The position numbers were made by a program, and so were the translations under genes. The notes under the pieces were generated by a model. It saw only the letters and a list, made by a program, of their open reading frames with translations, searched no databases and was not told the origin of the DNA. A DNA stretch of 63,120 bases, the filler included, from Sphacelaria rigidula (lineage: Eukaryota): assembly GCA_964200075.2 (NCBI GenBank). It is 10 parts of 10 records of this genome, joined end to end, with 100 filler letters (N's around TTAATTAATTAA, not from the genome) between each part and the next. Parts side by side here need not be neighbours in the genome. Positions count along the whole stretch, not along the records: positions 1 to 6,223 come from CAXNAA020021408.1; positions 6,324 to 12,545 come from CAXNAA020021409.1; positions 12,646 to 18,867 come from CAXNAA020021410.1; 7 more parts are not named here. One strand, 5' to 3'. Shown here in pieces: positions 1 through 12,707 of this stretch; the first letter of the stretch is position 1; every line of letters starts with the position of its first letter.

Positions 1-71
1 CGGGAATCAAACCCCCCTACTCAACCATCAGAAGGTTACGAGGTTACCAACTGAGCCACCGGGGCGGCCGG
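1..71 (-). mobile_element. tRNA-derived SINE head, truncated by the window/contig edge
   Basis: Reverse complement reads GCCCCGGTGGCTCAGTTGGTAACCTCGTAACCTTCTGATGGTTG...GGTTTGATTCCCG, with Pol III A box and B box. Matches copies at 16136, 35114 and 44050. Confidence 0.85.
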
Positions 72-535
72 ACGGTACTGTCTGTAGACCGTACATTGCA
101 GCAGCGTATTATACTGCCCTTTATATTATATCATGACGGATTTTTCAAATTTCAAAGCCATCAACTTCGCTTCCATACACGGATATGAACGATCGTGCCA
201 TTCTTTTTTTCGAAAGCAATCAAGATGCTTCTTTTTCAGGCGGATTGCACACTCCATATACTATGTACGCCCTTGGCGTGATGACGCACGGGAACGCGAA
301 GCGTGGTCGCCGCCTATCATCGTCGTACCATGGGGTCCGCAAGGCACTCGTACCGAGCAATACCATGCACACCACCGAACGCGGGACGTAATCACGTTCT
401 CAGCCTGCTACTTGTGTCGACGATCCAGTCTTCATGGCTTTTGAGATATGCAGTTGTGTTGGGCCGTAGGTCCTCCCTCTGTGGCACCTCGCTCGTGTGG
501 ACTACACCTATTTTGCGGATGATACCAACTAATGG

Positions 536-902
536 TATATATATGGAATTTTTCGAACTCACGAGCGTGAAGCATACTTCGTATCGAGGCGTCCACTAGA
601 TTTATTGCTGATTTTAGTGTGCAAGTTCCTCCGCACCCGCACCGTGAGATGACTGTTCGGGCCAACGCCAATGCTAGGGGCCCGGTTTGCGAATTCGTGC
701 TTTACTTTGTGCGGGGGGGGAGACATGCGTTCGCGACGGTTCGAACGGACGCGCAATCGCGGTGGTCCTGCAATGTTTCTGGCGGGCATGAACATTTCGA
801 GAGAGCATCCATTCTCACGAGGGCTTGGCAAAGGGAAGAATACTGAGATCCTCGAAAAAGACGGACGGAACCGGGGCGCAGCCCCGGGTCCCGTGTGGCT
901 TG
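536..902 (+). mobile_element. Non-autonomous Helitron-like element, ~370 bp
   Basis: Homologous to 12708-12960 and to the reverse complement of 14459-14840. TA-rich 5' end, 3' GC hairpin CCGGGGCGCAGCCCCGG, terminal CTTG followed by T. No TIR or TSD. Confidence 0.65.
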
Positions 903-1156
903 TTATTTATACAGTGATTCTTGTGCGCGACAATCGGCACACATTTGACTTGTTTTTTTTTGGCGCAACACTGTATAATATTCACATGTGCCGATAGCAT
1001 CGGCGATTCTTTAATCTATTTCGTTCAGACCGCGGCACTATACCTTCATTTTTTTTTCATGAACTTGATCCATTATTTTATTCACGTGTATATTTTCTCC
1101 TCTCTTTATTGTTGTTGTTGTTGTTGTTGTTGTTCGTCTCTCTGATGGGCTGGCAG

Positions 1157-1297
1157 TGCGCGATAAAATGTACCTACACGTACGACTCGAATCTGATCAA
1201 GTGCAACCAGCAGGCGTCTTCCACCACGAAGGGCACTTACGGAGCTAACCAAGACGCGTGTGCCAACCTGTCCTCTGGAGAGATGGACGAGTGCATG
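1157..1297 (+). CDS. Isolated internal exon, Cys-rich hypothetical protein (CAIKCTYTYDSNLIKCNQQ...DACANLSSGEMDECM)
   Basis: Pyrimidine/(TTG)n tract, CTGAT branch-like motif and CAG acceptor; 141-nt open phase-0 exon with GC-rich third positions; GTGAG donor at 1298. Confidence 0.6.
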
Positions 1298-1635
1298 GTG
1301 AGATAAAATTCTACTGTGGTGACGTCGAGGCTAATCCACGTGTCGATGTGAAGCTGTGTGCTCATGTATTCAGTGCGTGATCGCGGTAAATATGTTGGCA
1401 GTAAAACTCGAAAACGCGCCCGATATGATGATCGCGAGATCTCGGAAGTTATCTTGCAGTCATGATACCACGTGATCCAGGCCCCGCCGATTTGAATCGT
1501 TGATGTAGGCTGCAAGTTTCACTTGAATGCTTTGGTTATCCACGTACCAAACACACTTGTTCATCCAAACCAATTCATGATGTTTCCACCCACCCATATA
1601 TAAGCCCATACTGAGTTTGAGGGCGTGGAACCATT

Positions 1636-1895
1636 GCACGGTTAGGACAAATCATCACGACTCGAAATCACCAAATTCACGATTTCTTCGGCCTGATTGC
1701 CCAAAAGGAAGAAAAAAGCTGATCGCCGGTCCAAGGGAGTATCCAAGCAACTTTTGCCCCATTCCAAATGTCTGGGCTGCGTGGACCTGGGTTGCAACGC
1801 TGAAATAAAGCCCAGGGATTCATTCGTCACGAGCCGACTCATTATACTAGAACCAAGTAATTTCCAGATGAATCATTATTTGTCCGACCCTTGGG
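1636..1895 (+). repeat. Dispersed repeat family D (unclassified, probably a non-autonomous TE)
   Basis: Reverse-complement copies at ~35680-35941 and ~59270-59482, and a partial copy at ~3405-3560. Shared core ...TTCTTCGGCCTGATTGCCCAAAAGGAAG...GTTGCAACGCTGAAA. Confidence 0.75.
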
Positions 1896-4550
1896 CCATT
1901 GACAACCCCAACGTCGCTGTCCAGCTGAGCAGCTCCCCGCTGTGTGTCAGCGCGTCCCTGGTGACTACATGGCGTACAATCCACTGTACCCAGCCTTTGA
2001 GTCGTCGTGTCAAATGCGGGGGTCATGGCAGCTGTAAATCATTCCTCGTGTATTTGAAAGCACAATGCTTGTACCACTCCCACGAAAGACTGACGGCAGT
2101 ATCACGGGCGCTGTAGTTGAGTCTGGGTTCGTAGTGGTGTGCCAGTAGTGTGGACCACATACATGTTGATACTAGTCCTGTTACAGATGGGTTGAGTCTC
2201 GTTGGGGATCAGGCAGCTGCCATAGCAAGCTATTGGTGGGACGTGATCCTCGTCGGTTTTCATCTGGGGAACTGGAAATGCGGAATGTGAGGCACGTGGT
2301 TTCTAGATATATAATTTCCCCGGTGTGCGATTCAGGGTCGATTGGTCATGTTAGTCTCGGGTTTATGGGGTTGGCTGAAGGCAGTGTATATATTGATGGA
2401 CATGTACGCCCCTTCGTCCGCGAAGCTTATCCAAGTATTTTCTCTACATTATGTCTGATTTGATTGCTGCATCATTTGAAATTTCGTGAACAATGCGTAT
2501 ATGGTCATGGTATATACAAAGATCACAAGGTGCTATTATATCTCAGTACGTCGAAGCAAAGAAGCGACACTCGACCGCAATAAATCCCTCCGTATCATGG
2601 CCCGTCACCCCCCCCCATTCCTCGCTGTCACGTCTTCCCCAGGAAACGTGCTACGGAAGTGATCGGTTCAACGGATGGACTCCCGACAAAGAAGAAGGGA
2701 TAGTCGTAGAGGGCATGCAAAACGGAATCTGGCGGAAGCCGTTCAAGGCGAAGGAGACCATCTACGGTCGTCTGCGCGGGGATTTTGCTTCCTGATTTTT
2801 GTCCCCGTGTAAAATCTACGATATCTGCTACTGTGCTAGCCATCCACCTCACGTGTTGAACGTTTTCGAACATGTCTTTGATTTCGCGGTCTAATGGGCA
2901 TTTTTCTGGGTGACACTTTGAAAATCGGCGGAGGGGGCGCGGGCGCGGGCAGGGGGAGGGGGGGGGGCGACGTGACGGTCATCTCACTATTTTTTCTTGT
3001 CTCTATGCGGGTTCTGTCACGCAATTTATGGCGAAGCGTGTACCGATTTCGATGTTGATTCATCTTCCGAGTGGTTTGGTGTTTTATTCGTGCTGTGGTC
3101 TGTGGGTTGTTTTACTCTCTCACTGGCATCGTCGATGTTTTTTGTTTTTTTGTTTGCGGTCGTGCGTGGAGCTAGTTTGAGGAGCTCGTTCTATTTTTGG
3201 CTGTTTTGCGTCCCCTTTGCAGCAATCGTGGGGGAAAATAATAGTCTCCGTGTACTTGCGGGAGGGTGAAGGAGGGATGGTCGGTTGCAAAAGGCAGGGT
3301 CCTTATTTGAAGAACATGGCGAGGATCGGATGAATACTGATCCATCTGTGGATTACTTGCTGTTGGTGTGATCGATTCATACTGTGAATGAATTCTTGAT
3401 GCTGTTTTTCAGCGTTGCACCTCAGGTACGTGGAGCAGCGCAAAAATTGCTGTGAATACTTAGTCGAGCCGTGTGGTCAACGTTTTCTATTTCTTTCGAG
3501 TAATCAAGCCTCAGGAAGCGTACATTTGGCGATTCGAACCAGCCATGATTGGTCAGACTCGTGAAAGGTGATCGGGGCCTTGACAAAAAAATGAAAAATC
3601 CCCCCCCGCCCTCTCCCTCCCGTGAGAGAGTGAACTTCGCTTGGTGGTCACCCAAGAGTCTCGTGGTCCTGCATCAATGTTTCGACGCATTCGTCGCCTG
3701 CTTGACTTTGGGGGATTCTGTTACTCCGCCGCCCTGGCTGAGAGCCGGGACTCAAGGCCCGGAGCATCATTGTTGTCATTTTCCCTCGAAGAAGGGAAAA
3801 AAACTCACGCAGCACTTTCCCCGCAATGGAGCCTCGGTGTCCGGAGAGTCGGCTAGACCTCGGGGTAGGCGCCTCGAGCCTTCTTGAGAGCTTTGCTCAA
3901 GGCGAGTGTGGGCATCGAACTCACTGAAACCCCCCCTGTCTACCCTTGTGTGAGTCAAGCATGTCATCCCATGGTGTAACTGTAATGTGGAGGTGATGAG
4001 ACCTCGATACCGAGTTGACAAGAGCTCTTGTCCTCGTTCGTGTTCATGTGATTTGATGGTGTCCACCGCGTCAGCCTTCCTCCTTTTAATTGCCTTCTTG
4101 ATGTGTTCTTCGGGCAAAAGACGTCTGCAAAGAGGCGTTGAGCCTCTATCCACCGGCTACTAGTAGTCGTGAGGACGTCATTTCACTTTTTTTTCAACCG
4201 TATGTTGCGTCTGTTGGATGGCGATGCATGATGAGCTGTCTCCGCAAAAGCGCAGTTCGCGTGAGTTCGTGGACCACGTGTGCTTGCGAATCGCACACCA
4301 GTTTTTTGTGGCGTTTTGTTCTTCTGCTAGTCCAATTTTTGGTAACATTTCCTTCCTCGCGTTGATGAGGGCCAGGATTCGAGTTCGGCTTCTCGACAGC
4401 TTATTAGTGATCGCTTCTATTCTCTGTGGTGCGGATGTACCCACAAAATCCAGCAGCACATCATGTTTGAGCCTGTTTTGTACCTGCGGGAACTAAGTGT
4501 GCCAGCGAGGTACGGAGCGTGAGATCGAATGATGTTGACACATTAAATGA

Positions 4551-4920
4551 CCCCCACACAGGCAGCCATTTGGCTACCCCCCGGTATGCCACGGGAGGGG
4601 TGCGCGGCCCTCCAGAGGCAGAAGTCTTCGAAGGCCTTCAATTCCTCTGGAAGAAAACGAACACTTTCGACCTTGAGGGCTGCGCACCCCCCTGGAGGAA
4701 TTTGGGGATAGCAAAATGCCTTCGGAGAGATGCGCGGCCCTCCAGAGGCAAAAACAAACTTCCGGAGGCGTTGAATTTCTCTCGAAGAAACCTAAAAATC
4801 TCCACTGAAGGGCTACACACCCCTCCGGAAGCGCTCCATTCCTCTTGAGGGTGGAAAAGTGGACCGACCGCCCAGAGAAATTTCGGGAGTACAGTAGCCA
4901 AATGGCCGCGTGTGCGAGGG
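4551..4920. mobile_element. MITE family E with ~25-bp TIRs and internal CCTCCAGAGG subrepeats
   Basis: Ends CACACAGGCAGCCATTTGGCTAC ... GTAGCCAAATGGCCGCGTGTG. Second copy at 57994-58340. Confidence 0.8.
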
Positions 4921-6223
4921 ACCCGGACTTGGTCTTTATCTTCAAGCTAAACCTCGTACCCAAGGCAAAGAAAGCAGAAACACTCACCGAAGGTGTGAAG
5001 AAAGCAAAGAAGGAAATCAAGTAAACAAAACAGTGTCACTTGCGTACTACACACCACCTGACCTGGAAAATGAAATATTAGCTCCTGTTTGCGGCTGAGA
5101 ATTTCGCAACGCTCCATCAAACGAACTTTTGAGCTATATTCAAAGTCCGATTCCCACCCTGTGCCATGTCGGGATTTTTTTTTCAAAACGAACTGATCAT
5201 TCAGATTTTTGTGTTTTTGCGAGCAGATCACAATAACAGATCAAATGTATCGGGGTGGGTGTATCGTTCTAAATTAAGGATGTGCAGGATTTTTTTTACT
5301 AATATATAGGCGGCGCTCTGAACGATGACGGGAAAAAAATGGTATTTATCACGATTTCCCCGTTTTTGTACGATTTCACGGGGCGGTCGGGTAGGGTTCG
5401 CCCCAATCCCGGGTATTTTGAACCATCGTACTCCTACAGTAGTATTCAAACGCTAGACTAGTACTCAAACGCTAGGTAGGATAGACCATTGAATTCGTAC
5501 CCAAATTGATCAAAATTTGGGGGTAGAGCTCTGAAATCAGGCAACGTATTAAGGTCATAACTAAGTGCTACACCATACCCACCCGAGTACTACTGAGATT
5601 ACTCGCTCAACGTTTGGCGAAGTACTGAGATCGTACTCAACTTCTCGCGAAATTTGGTAGAGGAATGCGATGGTGCCTAACTTTACGAATATGTGGGGAG
5701 TTCCATTGAGATTGTGCCCGGTTCAATCAAGAAAACATGGATAGAGTAAACACTCCAGTAATATATCCGGATACTCCACGGTAAGACTTACCCCACCCAG
5801 CCTGCCCTTGTACGGTTTTCATGGATAAATTCATGCTTTTCACTTGTCTCTTTGCGGGAAAGTTCACGAACGACTGACCTCTCTTCTTTCGAGGTCGAGT
5901 ATCAAATTTTCTCCGAGGCGGACAGTAGGTGCTCCGAAATCAATAATGAATGCTTATTTCATGCAGACAGACAGCCCCGATACTGCATCCTAAATATCGG
6001 GACGGCAGGGCAGGTGTGATTTTGCGTCTTCCTTGCCGTAATGTGATGATGATTGGAGTGCTTGCAGTGCTGTGATGGATGGTCCAGGGTAGTGTGAATG
6101 CGAAATGTAGTAGGGGGATTCATACCGTTGAATGCGTGGAACTATCGGGGGGGGGGGGGGGGGGGGGGGGCGGCCCCCCCCTCTCCCTTGGCGCAAAGAA
6201 CAACAACAGGGAAAGGGGACATG

Positions 6224-6323
6224 NNNNNNNNNNNNNNNNNNNNNNNNNNNNNNNNNNNNNNNNNNNNTTAATTAATTAANNNNNNNNNNNNNNNNNNNNN
6301 NNNNNNNNNNNNNNNNNNNNNNN
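6224..6323. other. Artificial contig-joining linker (first of nine)
   Basis: 44 N + TTAATTAATTAA (stops in all six frames) + 44 N. Identical linkers at 12546-12645, 18868-18967, 25190-25289, 31512-31611, 37834-37933, 44156-44255, 50478-50577 and 56800-56899. A separate 10-N gap lies at 36270-36279. Confidence 0.99.
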
Positions 6324-6470
6324 GAAACGTGGGGTACTAAAAACAAGTAAAAAAGTAAAAGCTCCTGTGTTGACCTTCCTCCTGTGTGACCCCGGCTGAT
6401 GCGCCCACAAATACCGGAAGGTGTAGACCGGCATCCAGAATAAATGGGACGACAACACACACAACACACA
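6324..6470 (+). mobile_element. 3' half of the tRNA-derived SINE
   Basis: Matches 35350-35511 (CCTTCCTCCTGTGTGACCCCGGCTG...ATGGGAC plus CA/CAA-rich tail). Confidence 0.8.
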
Positions 6471-6829
6471 TATTATTCGGTGTGCTGGTTAGATTATTGG
6501 CATGCAGTGGCTGTTTATAGCGCGAACTTGAAAAAAAACAGACAAGTATGTACGCGACATTGGCATTGCTCCTGCTGTCGTCGTTGTCGTCTTCACATGA
6601 AGGACCACTTCGATCTCTTCTGTGCAGCAAATTCTAACATCCTTGCTGGGGATCTGATGATGCGGACGTCTTCCGTGGTCACCGCCTGTCTACCCAAAAC
6701 AAGGTATAAGAAAAACATGGGAAAATATAATAAAAATAGGGCCCAGAAAAATCAACATTATCGTTGATTGGCTCTCCTCAGATGTGTGTGAATTATATCA
6801 CTGCAATAACTATTGCTTGTGGCAGGGAT

Positions 6830-7210
6830 TGCACATGCACGCAGTGTGTGCAATCCCTACAGAGCGGTCAGTATAGTGCACAATCGCACACTACCATCGT
6901 GACAAGTGCATCAGTACACTGTATGGTAGGGTAAAGGGTATCTCTCGATTGCGTACATCTCTGCACATATTTCATTGATCTGAGCAAGTACAAGCTGGGT
7001 CGGCCAAAGAACCCACAGGGTCAAATGATCATACATTTTGAATTGCACTGGTTCTGGGCAAGCTGAGCATACTCTTGTAATCGGCTAGATATGGCGATCA
7101 CCCGGAGCCAACCCAGGTGAGGAATCCGCGAAGTTGATGTGAAATTCGCGCTTCCGTGTATGCATTTCTTTGTGACAGAGCCTTGTGTTGGCTCTTTCGA
7201 AAATTTCTCA
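6830..7210 (-). pseudogene. Possible decayed MULE transposase C-terminus
   Basis: Minus strand reads VCDCALY*PLCRDCTHCVH, a SWIM-like CxC...CxH motif with an internal stop. Otherwise weak. Confidence 0.25.
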
Positions 7211-7482
7211 CATGATGAACAGAATCACTGTAGCTCTCGGAGTGAACAGAAAAGTGGTGAAGGTCCCACTACGTTTGTCATTGTCGTTTGAGTGTTACAG
7301 CCGAAGCTCACATTACATCAAAGGTAACTTTGTATGCAGAGTGACCTTGGCGCAAAAATCTGAAAATATCGTCACGCAGAGGTTTTGACGATATTTGACC
7401 CGTAACTTGCAAGGAACTGGCGGACGAATCTATCGCAGCTTCGTTTTTTTGTTACTCGTCGACTTCCGCTCAAAATGTACTT

Positions 7483-7780
7483 GACAATGTTCCGTGAATT
7501 TGAGAGTCTAGGATAGGATTGAGAGTGAGATGCGATCAATCAATGAATGACCTAGTGTCAGTTCCGAAATGCCCTCTTGACCTTACATACGCTTTCTGTG
7601 GTGGCTTGCCACGAAAGCCTTGATACCCTTGAGTAGGATGTCGATGTGTAGCTATAAGCACACGACTGACTGTGTTACAGACAAAAAAAACCCCACAAAA
7701 TGAAAAAATGGCAAGTCAGAGCGAAGAATAGAACTCGTTGAAAATCAACGCAAGACTCTCAATATCACGAAATCATTGTT
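7483..7780. mobile_element. MITE family C, ~300 bp
   Basis: Imperfect TIRs ACAATGTTCCGTGAATTTGAGAG ... CTCTCAATATCACGAAATCATTGT. Colinear copy at 23250-23548 and a truncated copy at 63049-63120. Confidence 0.75.
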
Positions 7781-7976
7781 ATTCGTGGATAACATCAAGG
7801 TGCTCGTATCTCGGCGAAAAAAAGAAGTAGAAACGATTGTGTCGTGTATATGTGCTGGCCAGTTCCTTGAAAACCACGTGTGAAAACAATCAGGATGCAA
7901 CTCTGAAAAGTGAGCTCTGCTCGGCGGTTCTGGCGAATCCCCGCTTTCTTGGCCGGTTCATGTTGTAGCAGTCTAC

Positions 7977-8318
7977 TCATTCCTCCAGGGGCACCAACGA
8001 CGCACCCGGCCTACCTCCACACAACCATCGACAATCGGTGGTGATCTTGCAAAAACAGCGAGCACTGGAGGTACGAACCAATCCTAGACGTCCAAAAACA
8101 CCATGATCAGCGCCGGCACGACTGCCACCGCCGTCATTCCTCGCCCCTTTTTCATTAGTATGGGTGTCACTCCACCCGGGTGCGTTTTTGGCTCTCGGGC
8201 GATTGCATGCCGCCGCCCCCGAGGTGTCGGCTACTTTGGTGAGGAAGTGCATGGTCACCAGAATCCATGTCGACAGTGCCACGGAATACATGGCCACGAA
8301 ACAAATCAGAGGTGTGTC
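7977..8318 (-). CDS. EGF-like + 7TM (GPCR-like) protein, exon 3 (TM7, C-terminal tail, stop)
   Basis: AACAG| acceptor in phase 0, matching the exon 2 donor; DTPLICFVAMYSVALSTWILVTMHFL; TGA at 7979-7977. Confidence 0.72.
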   Translation of the reverse strand, partial: DTPLICFVAMYSVALSTWILVTMHFLTKVADTSGAAACNRPRAKNAPGWSDTHTNEKGARNDGGGSRAGADHGVFGRLGLVRTSSARCFCKITTDCRWLCGGRPGASLVPLEE

Positions 8319-8517
8319 CTGTTTTATTCGGAGAGCAAGACAGGGTGGGGGAAAGCGCTCAGTGAACAGTCAACGGTGGCTGTGGCAGGCACAGCTTGAG
8401 AATGCTGACCACGACTGATTGACTCTGGGACAGCTTGATTGTCACTTGTGGCAATAGGCAAGCTGCGTAATGTCACATCTGGTTGAATGCACTGCATACG
8501 TGGCGGCAGGATCTTAC

Positions 8518-9589
8518 CGACACGAGAGTTCCCGGTATAAGGGTCATGACGACAATCACCAGCACCACCACAAGAATTCCAACGGCGGATGTGGTGAGTA
8601 TCATCAGCTTCTTCTTTGTACCCGCGTAGACATTCTTCACTCGTTGCTCGGTGTTGAAAACACCGCCAGTGCTATCCGCATCATCCCTATCGTCGAATGA
8701 TGTGTACAGACGCTGGGCTGCTATCGCTAGGCGCCTGCGAGCATGACCAACTCTTCTGGGAATAACGCGCGTTGTCGGGTGGGAAGACGTGGAATTTCCC
8801 ACATATCTGCATATCCCCGCTGACGGCGTCCGTTTCCCCCTTAGTCTAGTATCCGTGTTCTTGCTGGGTTGAGCAACACTGGAACATCTGCTTCCGCCAG
8901 AATGTCCAGCGGCGGCTGTTGTCATTAGTTCTCCGAGATGGTGAAGTGATCCCTCGGGGGTCACGCGTAGGCTTTTCTCCTTTGCTTCTAATAAATCCAA
9001 AACTGGAAACTTTACTGTCGTTAGCGACATGCAATCCAGAGCTGTCATTCTATGGCTAGTATTGGGGCTGTTTAGAGTGCAGCTGCTTCCATTCCTTGTT
9101 GAGGTTGGCGCCTGCTGGCGCAGGTCTTCATGTGGCAGCGGTTGCTGTTGTCGCTTCCGCTGCTGCCACGAAGCACGGCGTTGGTGATCATCCGTCGGTG
9201 CCTGCGATGTATTCTCGCTCGTAGACCACAAGTGCGCGGTGCTTGGACGCTGTTGTGACAATAGCGCAGACGGTACTGACAGGGGTTCTGAACTCCCTCT
9301 CGGAAACGCAGGAGCAGAAGATACGATGGAAACTACACTTCCATGTCCTGCGAGCTCATATTTGCCCACTGTTTTTCTTGACTCACGTCTGAGAATATTG
9401 GGGCGGAAGGCTTCTGAAAATGAACCATCGGGTACTGGTTCTGGTACTCCCGTTCTCCGAGGATTTTTGAGGGAGCGTACCCTCTCCGCTTCTCCAATAA
9501 CGTTCTTCAGGGTCCCGTTGATGTATACGATTATCATAGCGACGAGGACAGCAGCCGGTACGATTGTGATTGACATCATCGCTCGCCCC
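8518..9589 (-). CDS. EGF-like + 7TM (GPCR-like) protein, exon 2 (TM5, long loop, TM6)
   Basis: AAG| acceptor in the phase matching exon 1 (CG+G = Arg); 1072 nt open; hydrophobic helices at both ends; ends TCG|GTAAGA. Confidence 0.78.
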
Positions 9590-10427
9590 CTTTGTTGTTC
9601 GTTATCGCCCAAAATATTTACAGCGATGAAGGGGGAGAGGGGGGGCATATGAGGCTCAGGACAGCATCCTCGGAATGGAACTCGCTTTCATGCCTTTCGT
9701 CAAATCCCCTCACGCAATAGTAGAACAAAATCTGGCATATATGGTACCTCTTCAAAGCATACTGTGTACCTTTTGTTACACCTTAAACCCCCCATCTTCC
9801 TTGGGACGAGTCTGCAGTTTTGAGGGATCATTTCATGTCTCCCCCGGTACGTGTCTGCATTCTTGGTGTCGCGGATTAGATTTCCACTTGCGCACCGCGT
9901 CTACTTCCGTCAAATGTGTCTTCTACTCACCCCCCGAGCTTTTCAACGACATAAATCAGATGCTCCTGGAGATAATGAAACGTACCTGCTGCAGATGGAA
10001 GGCTCAACTACGCCCAAGCCAATTTTGTGATTAACCGACCACACTACCGGGCGTTCTGTAGCGCTAATACCACGATATATAACACATGTTCTAGAGTCTA
10101 ATCATATAAGGTAGCTTGCGATGAAAATGAGTTCGTTACTGTTGTGTACGACACTGTCCGGTGCTATACACGTTCGCCACGAAAGACCGCAGATACGGGT
10201 AATCAACAAATACAAGTAACCGTACTAGGTGATCCACGCCTCTCCGTGGTAACTAATATCGATTGCATTCGGATACCGTCGGAAACTGCAGTAACAGCTT
10301 TGTCAGGTAACAACGCTTATACTTGCGACTGCGCACTACTGTGTCTGCAATTCATTGGTGTTGTTGAGGTTCGCTCAAACGAGGCACAAGAGATCTATGT
10401 GCGTTTCGCGATCCACGATCCACTCAC

Positions 10428-11254
10428 CGTGTAGCGTTGAACTTGCCGACCACCCCAATCAACATAATGTGCACCCAACACAACGCGACCATCACCGCAA
10501 TTATGACGCGATGCTCGCTGCCCCACGTCGTCACGAGCGTCGAAAGCGAGGTCTGCTTCATGAGCCTCACAGGCAAGGTAAACAACCACAGCCTCACGGA
10601 AACCAGCACACTAACGAAGCCGCAGCACACCGAGAACGTCAGCATAGGAAATAGTAGCGTCTGAAGTGACACCCCGGTGTTCCACCACGCGGCTGCGTGA
10701 TACATGAGTATTGTCGCTCCCCATGCGATGCTAATCCAGACAAATATGCGGATGTTTCGCACGCGGGAGATCAATCTGTAAGCTGTTCCTGCAGCCGCGA
10801 CTCCGCCACCGCCGCGGGCCCTGCCGCTGGCAACAAGATGGCCCGTGCGAGAAGCCGAAGCATCCCTCCATTGGCGAGACCGCCGGAAAGCAACGGTGAC
10901 ACACGCTGCAGCGAGCACGCAGCCAAATGCGTGACATACAGTACTTGCTGCTATGGACTCGCAGGCTGGACGTCCTAGGACGTCTACTGTAGAGTATCCT
11001 GGATCGCATCTGCACCGGAATGATGTTGATGATAACACCCCGCTGCCACTACTGCTGCTAGTAGTGTCGTTGCTGTCGTTTTCGCTTGCAGTGCACTCTC
11101 CCTCACCGCCGTACAGGGGATGTCTACATCCCCTCACACAGATCGACATCGAAGCGTGCGATAGGCCACATTCTCCTTCATTCAGTGGCGCGCTCGGACA
11201 GGTCATCTCTCTATTCCTAACGTGCGTACCCCCCAGTTTGTTGTTAATATCCAT
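10428..11254 (-). CDS. EGF-like + 7TM (GPCR-like) protein, exon 1 (EGF-like module, TM1-TM4)
   Basis: Open frame with CVRGC...GGEGEC...CRCDPGY...C followed by four hydrophobic helices; ends CG|GTGAGT. Start uncertain: ATG at 11254 chosen, but the frame stays open to 11509. Confidence 0.75.
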
Positions 11255-12707
11255 GTGCCGATTTTTTGCGGTGTAATTTTCGTGTGTTGGGCTCAGTATC
11301 AGTATTGCGCCAAAAAAAAAGTTCGGAACAGAATTCGACCTCTTTTTGCCCCAATATGTACGCACGCACTGTGCAACCCCAGATTCATCAATATGAGGTT
11401 GTTGTCTGCTGTCTAAATGATATGTGGTCGAAATTTCAGCGCGTAAAAGCACTGACAGCGCTTGCACGGCCGCAGGCGACACCAAGATGAGTATCGCGTA
11501 GAATGACATGATCCAGAGTGTGCCCTATACGGATCGGTGTCTGTTTGCCGGGGCAGGAGCCACCCAGCAGGTCATGATGTGGAAATGAGCGCATCTGCAT
11601 GTTAACATATGCATCCACTGACGTCTCACGCAGTCTGAGCGGCGGAGACGCCCGTTTTAAGGGCATATCGACGGTATTGCCCAAATTATGCGTTTCTGGG
11701 GGCGCGGCTTACGCACCCCCCACCACGTGCCGCCGTACCGGAAATATGGTGTTTATGTTGTGGTCTACCTCTATGCCAAGTTTCAGGCCAGTTCGTCCAG
11801 ACATGGTGGAGAAATCGACAAGCACAGTAACGCTCGACGTGTACTGAAAATACAGTACTGCATCGTCGAAAGATACATGAGGTGCGTACGAGCTGGGCCA
11901 GCCTGAAGACGGATTTATGCTCTAAAAGCAATATCTCATCGCCATAGACGAGTTGGGCCGTGATCCACATATCGTATAAATTGTCTAACCAAGGTGAAGA
12001 TGCCCATCTGCTCAAAAATTTGGGCCCATATTTTCTCGTTGATTAAACCCCATGTCTAGTGATTTGTGATGAAGCTCGGAGGCGTTGCAAGATATACGCT
12101 GTGCGGGTCTGCTCGTAGACCCTGAGTCCCGTGACGCGTTGTTACCGCGTTTGCTACTGTCGTTAGTTAGGATTGTTCAGCCGCGGCCACAGGCCGCGTT
12201 GAGCCACCTCAATCAGTTACTGCCCTTGCCGTGGTCTACCCTGGGCCATCACTACGCTCTGCTCTTATGGCTGCACTGCGGCTGTACTGAGTAAGAGAGC
12301 TGCTTGTAGATATAACATGACGCTATGAAACACGCGAGTTCTTCATCAACCGTCTGCACATAAATTATTGTAACCCTTTTAGGACCGGGCCTCCAGAACC
12401 ACCAATGAGGCTGGTCAGGAATGACGTGTCTGACGTCTAAACGAAACAGTGAAGTGTTGCTAAAAATCCCCGTATGTAACTGCAGGGTTATGACGAAGAC
12501 AGAAAGTTTCATCTGGTCTGTTTTCAGGTGCAGGGTGCGCATTAGNNNNNNNNNNNNNNNNNNNNNNNNNNNNNNNNNNNNNNNNNNNNTTAATTAATTA
12601 ANNNNNNNNNNNNNNNNNNNNNNNNNNNNNNNNNNNNNNNNNNNNTGAGACCGCGGACGTGTCCCGAGGAAGGGGAGGGGTTCAAAGTGTGAGGGAAAAA
12701 ACTAAAT

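Noticed and set aside
3640..4500. Coding-like minus-strand ORFs (125 and 93 aa)
   Set aside because: Fragmented with no recognisable motif. Possibly a decayed TE but cannot be supported.
6268..6279. TTAATTAATTAA motif recurring every 6322 bp
   Set aside because: Synthetic linker embedded in N runs. The periodicity comes from size-sorted contigs.
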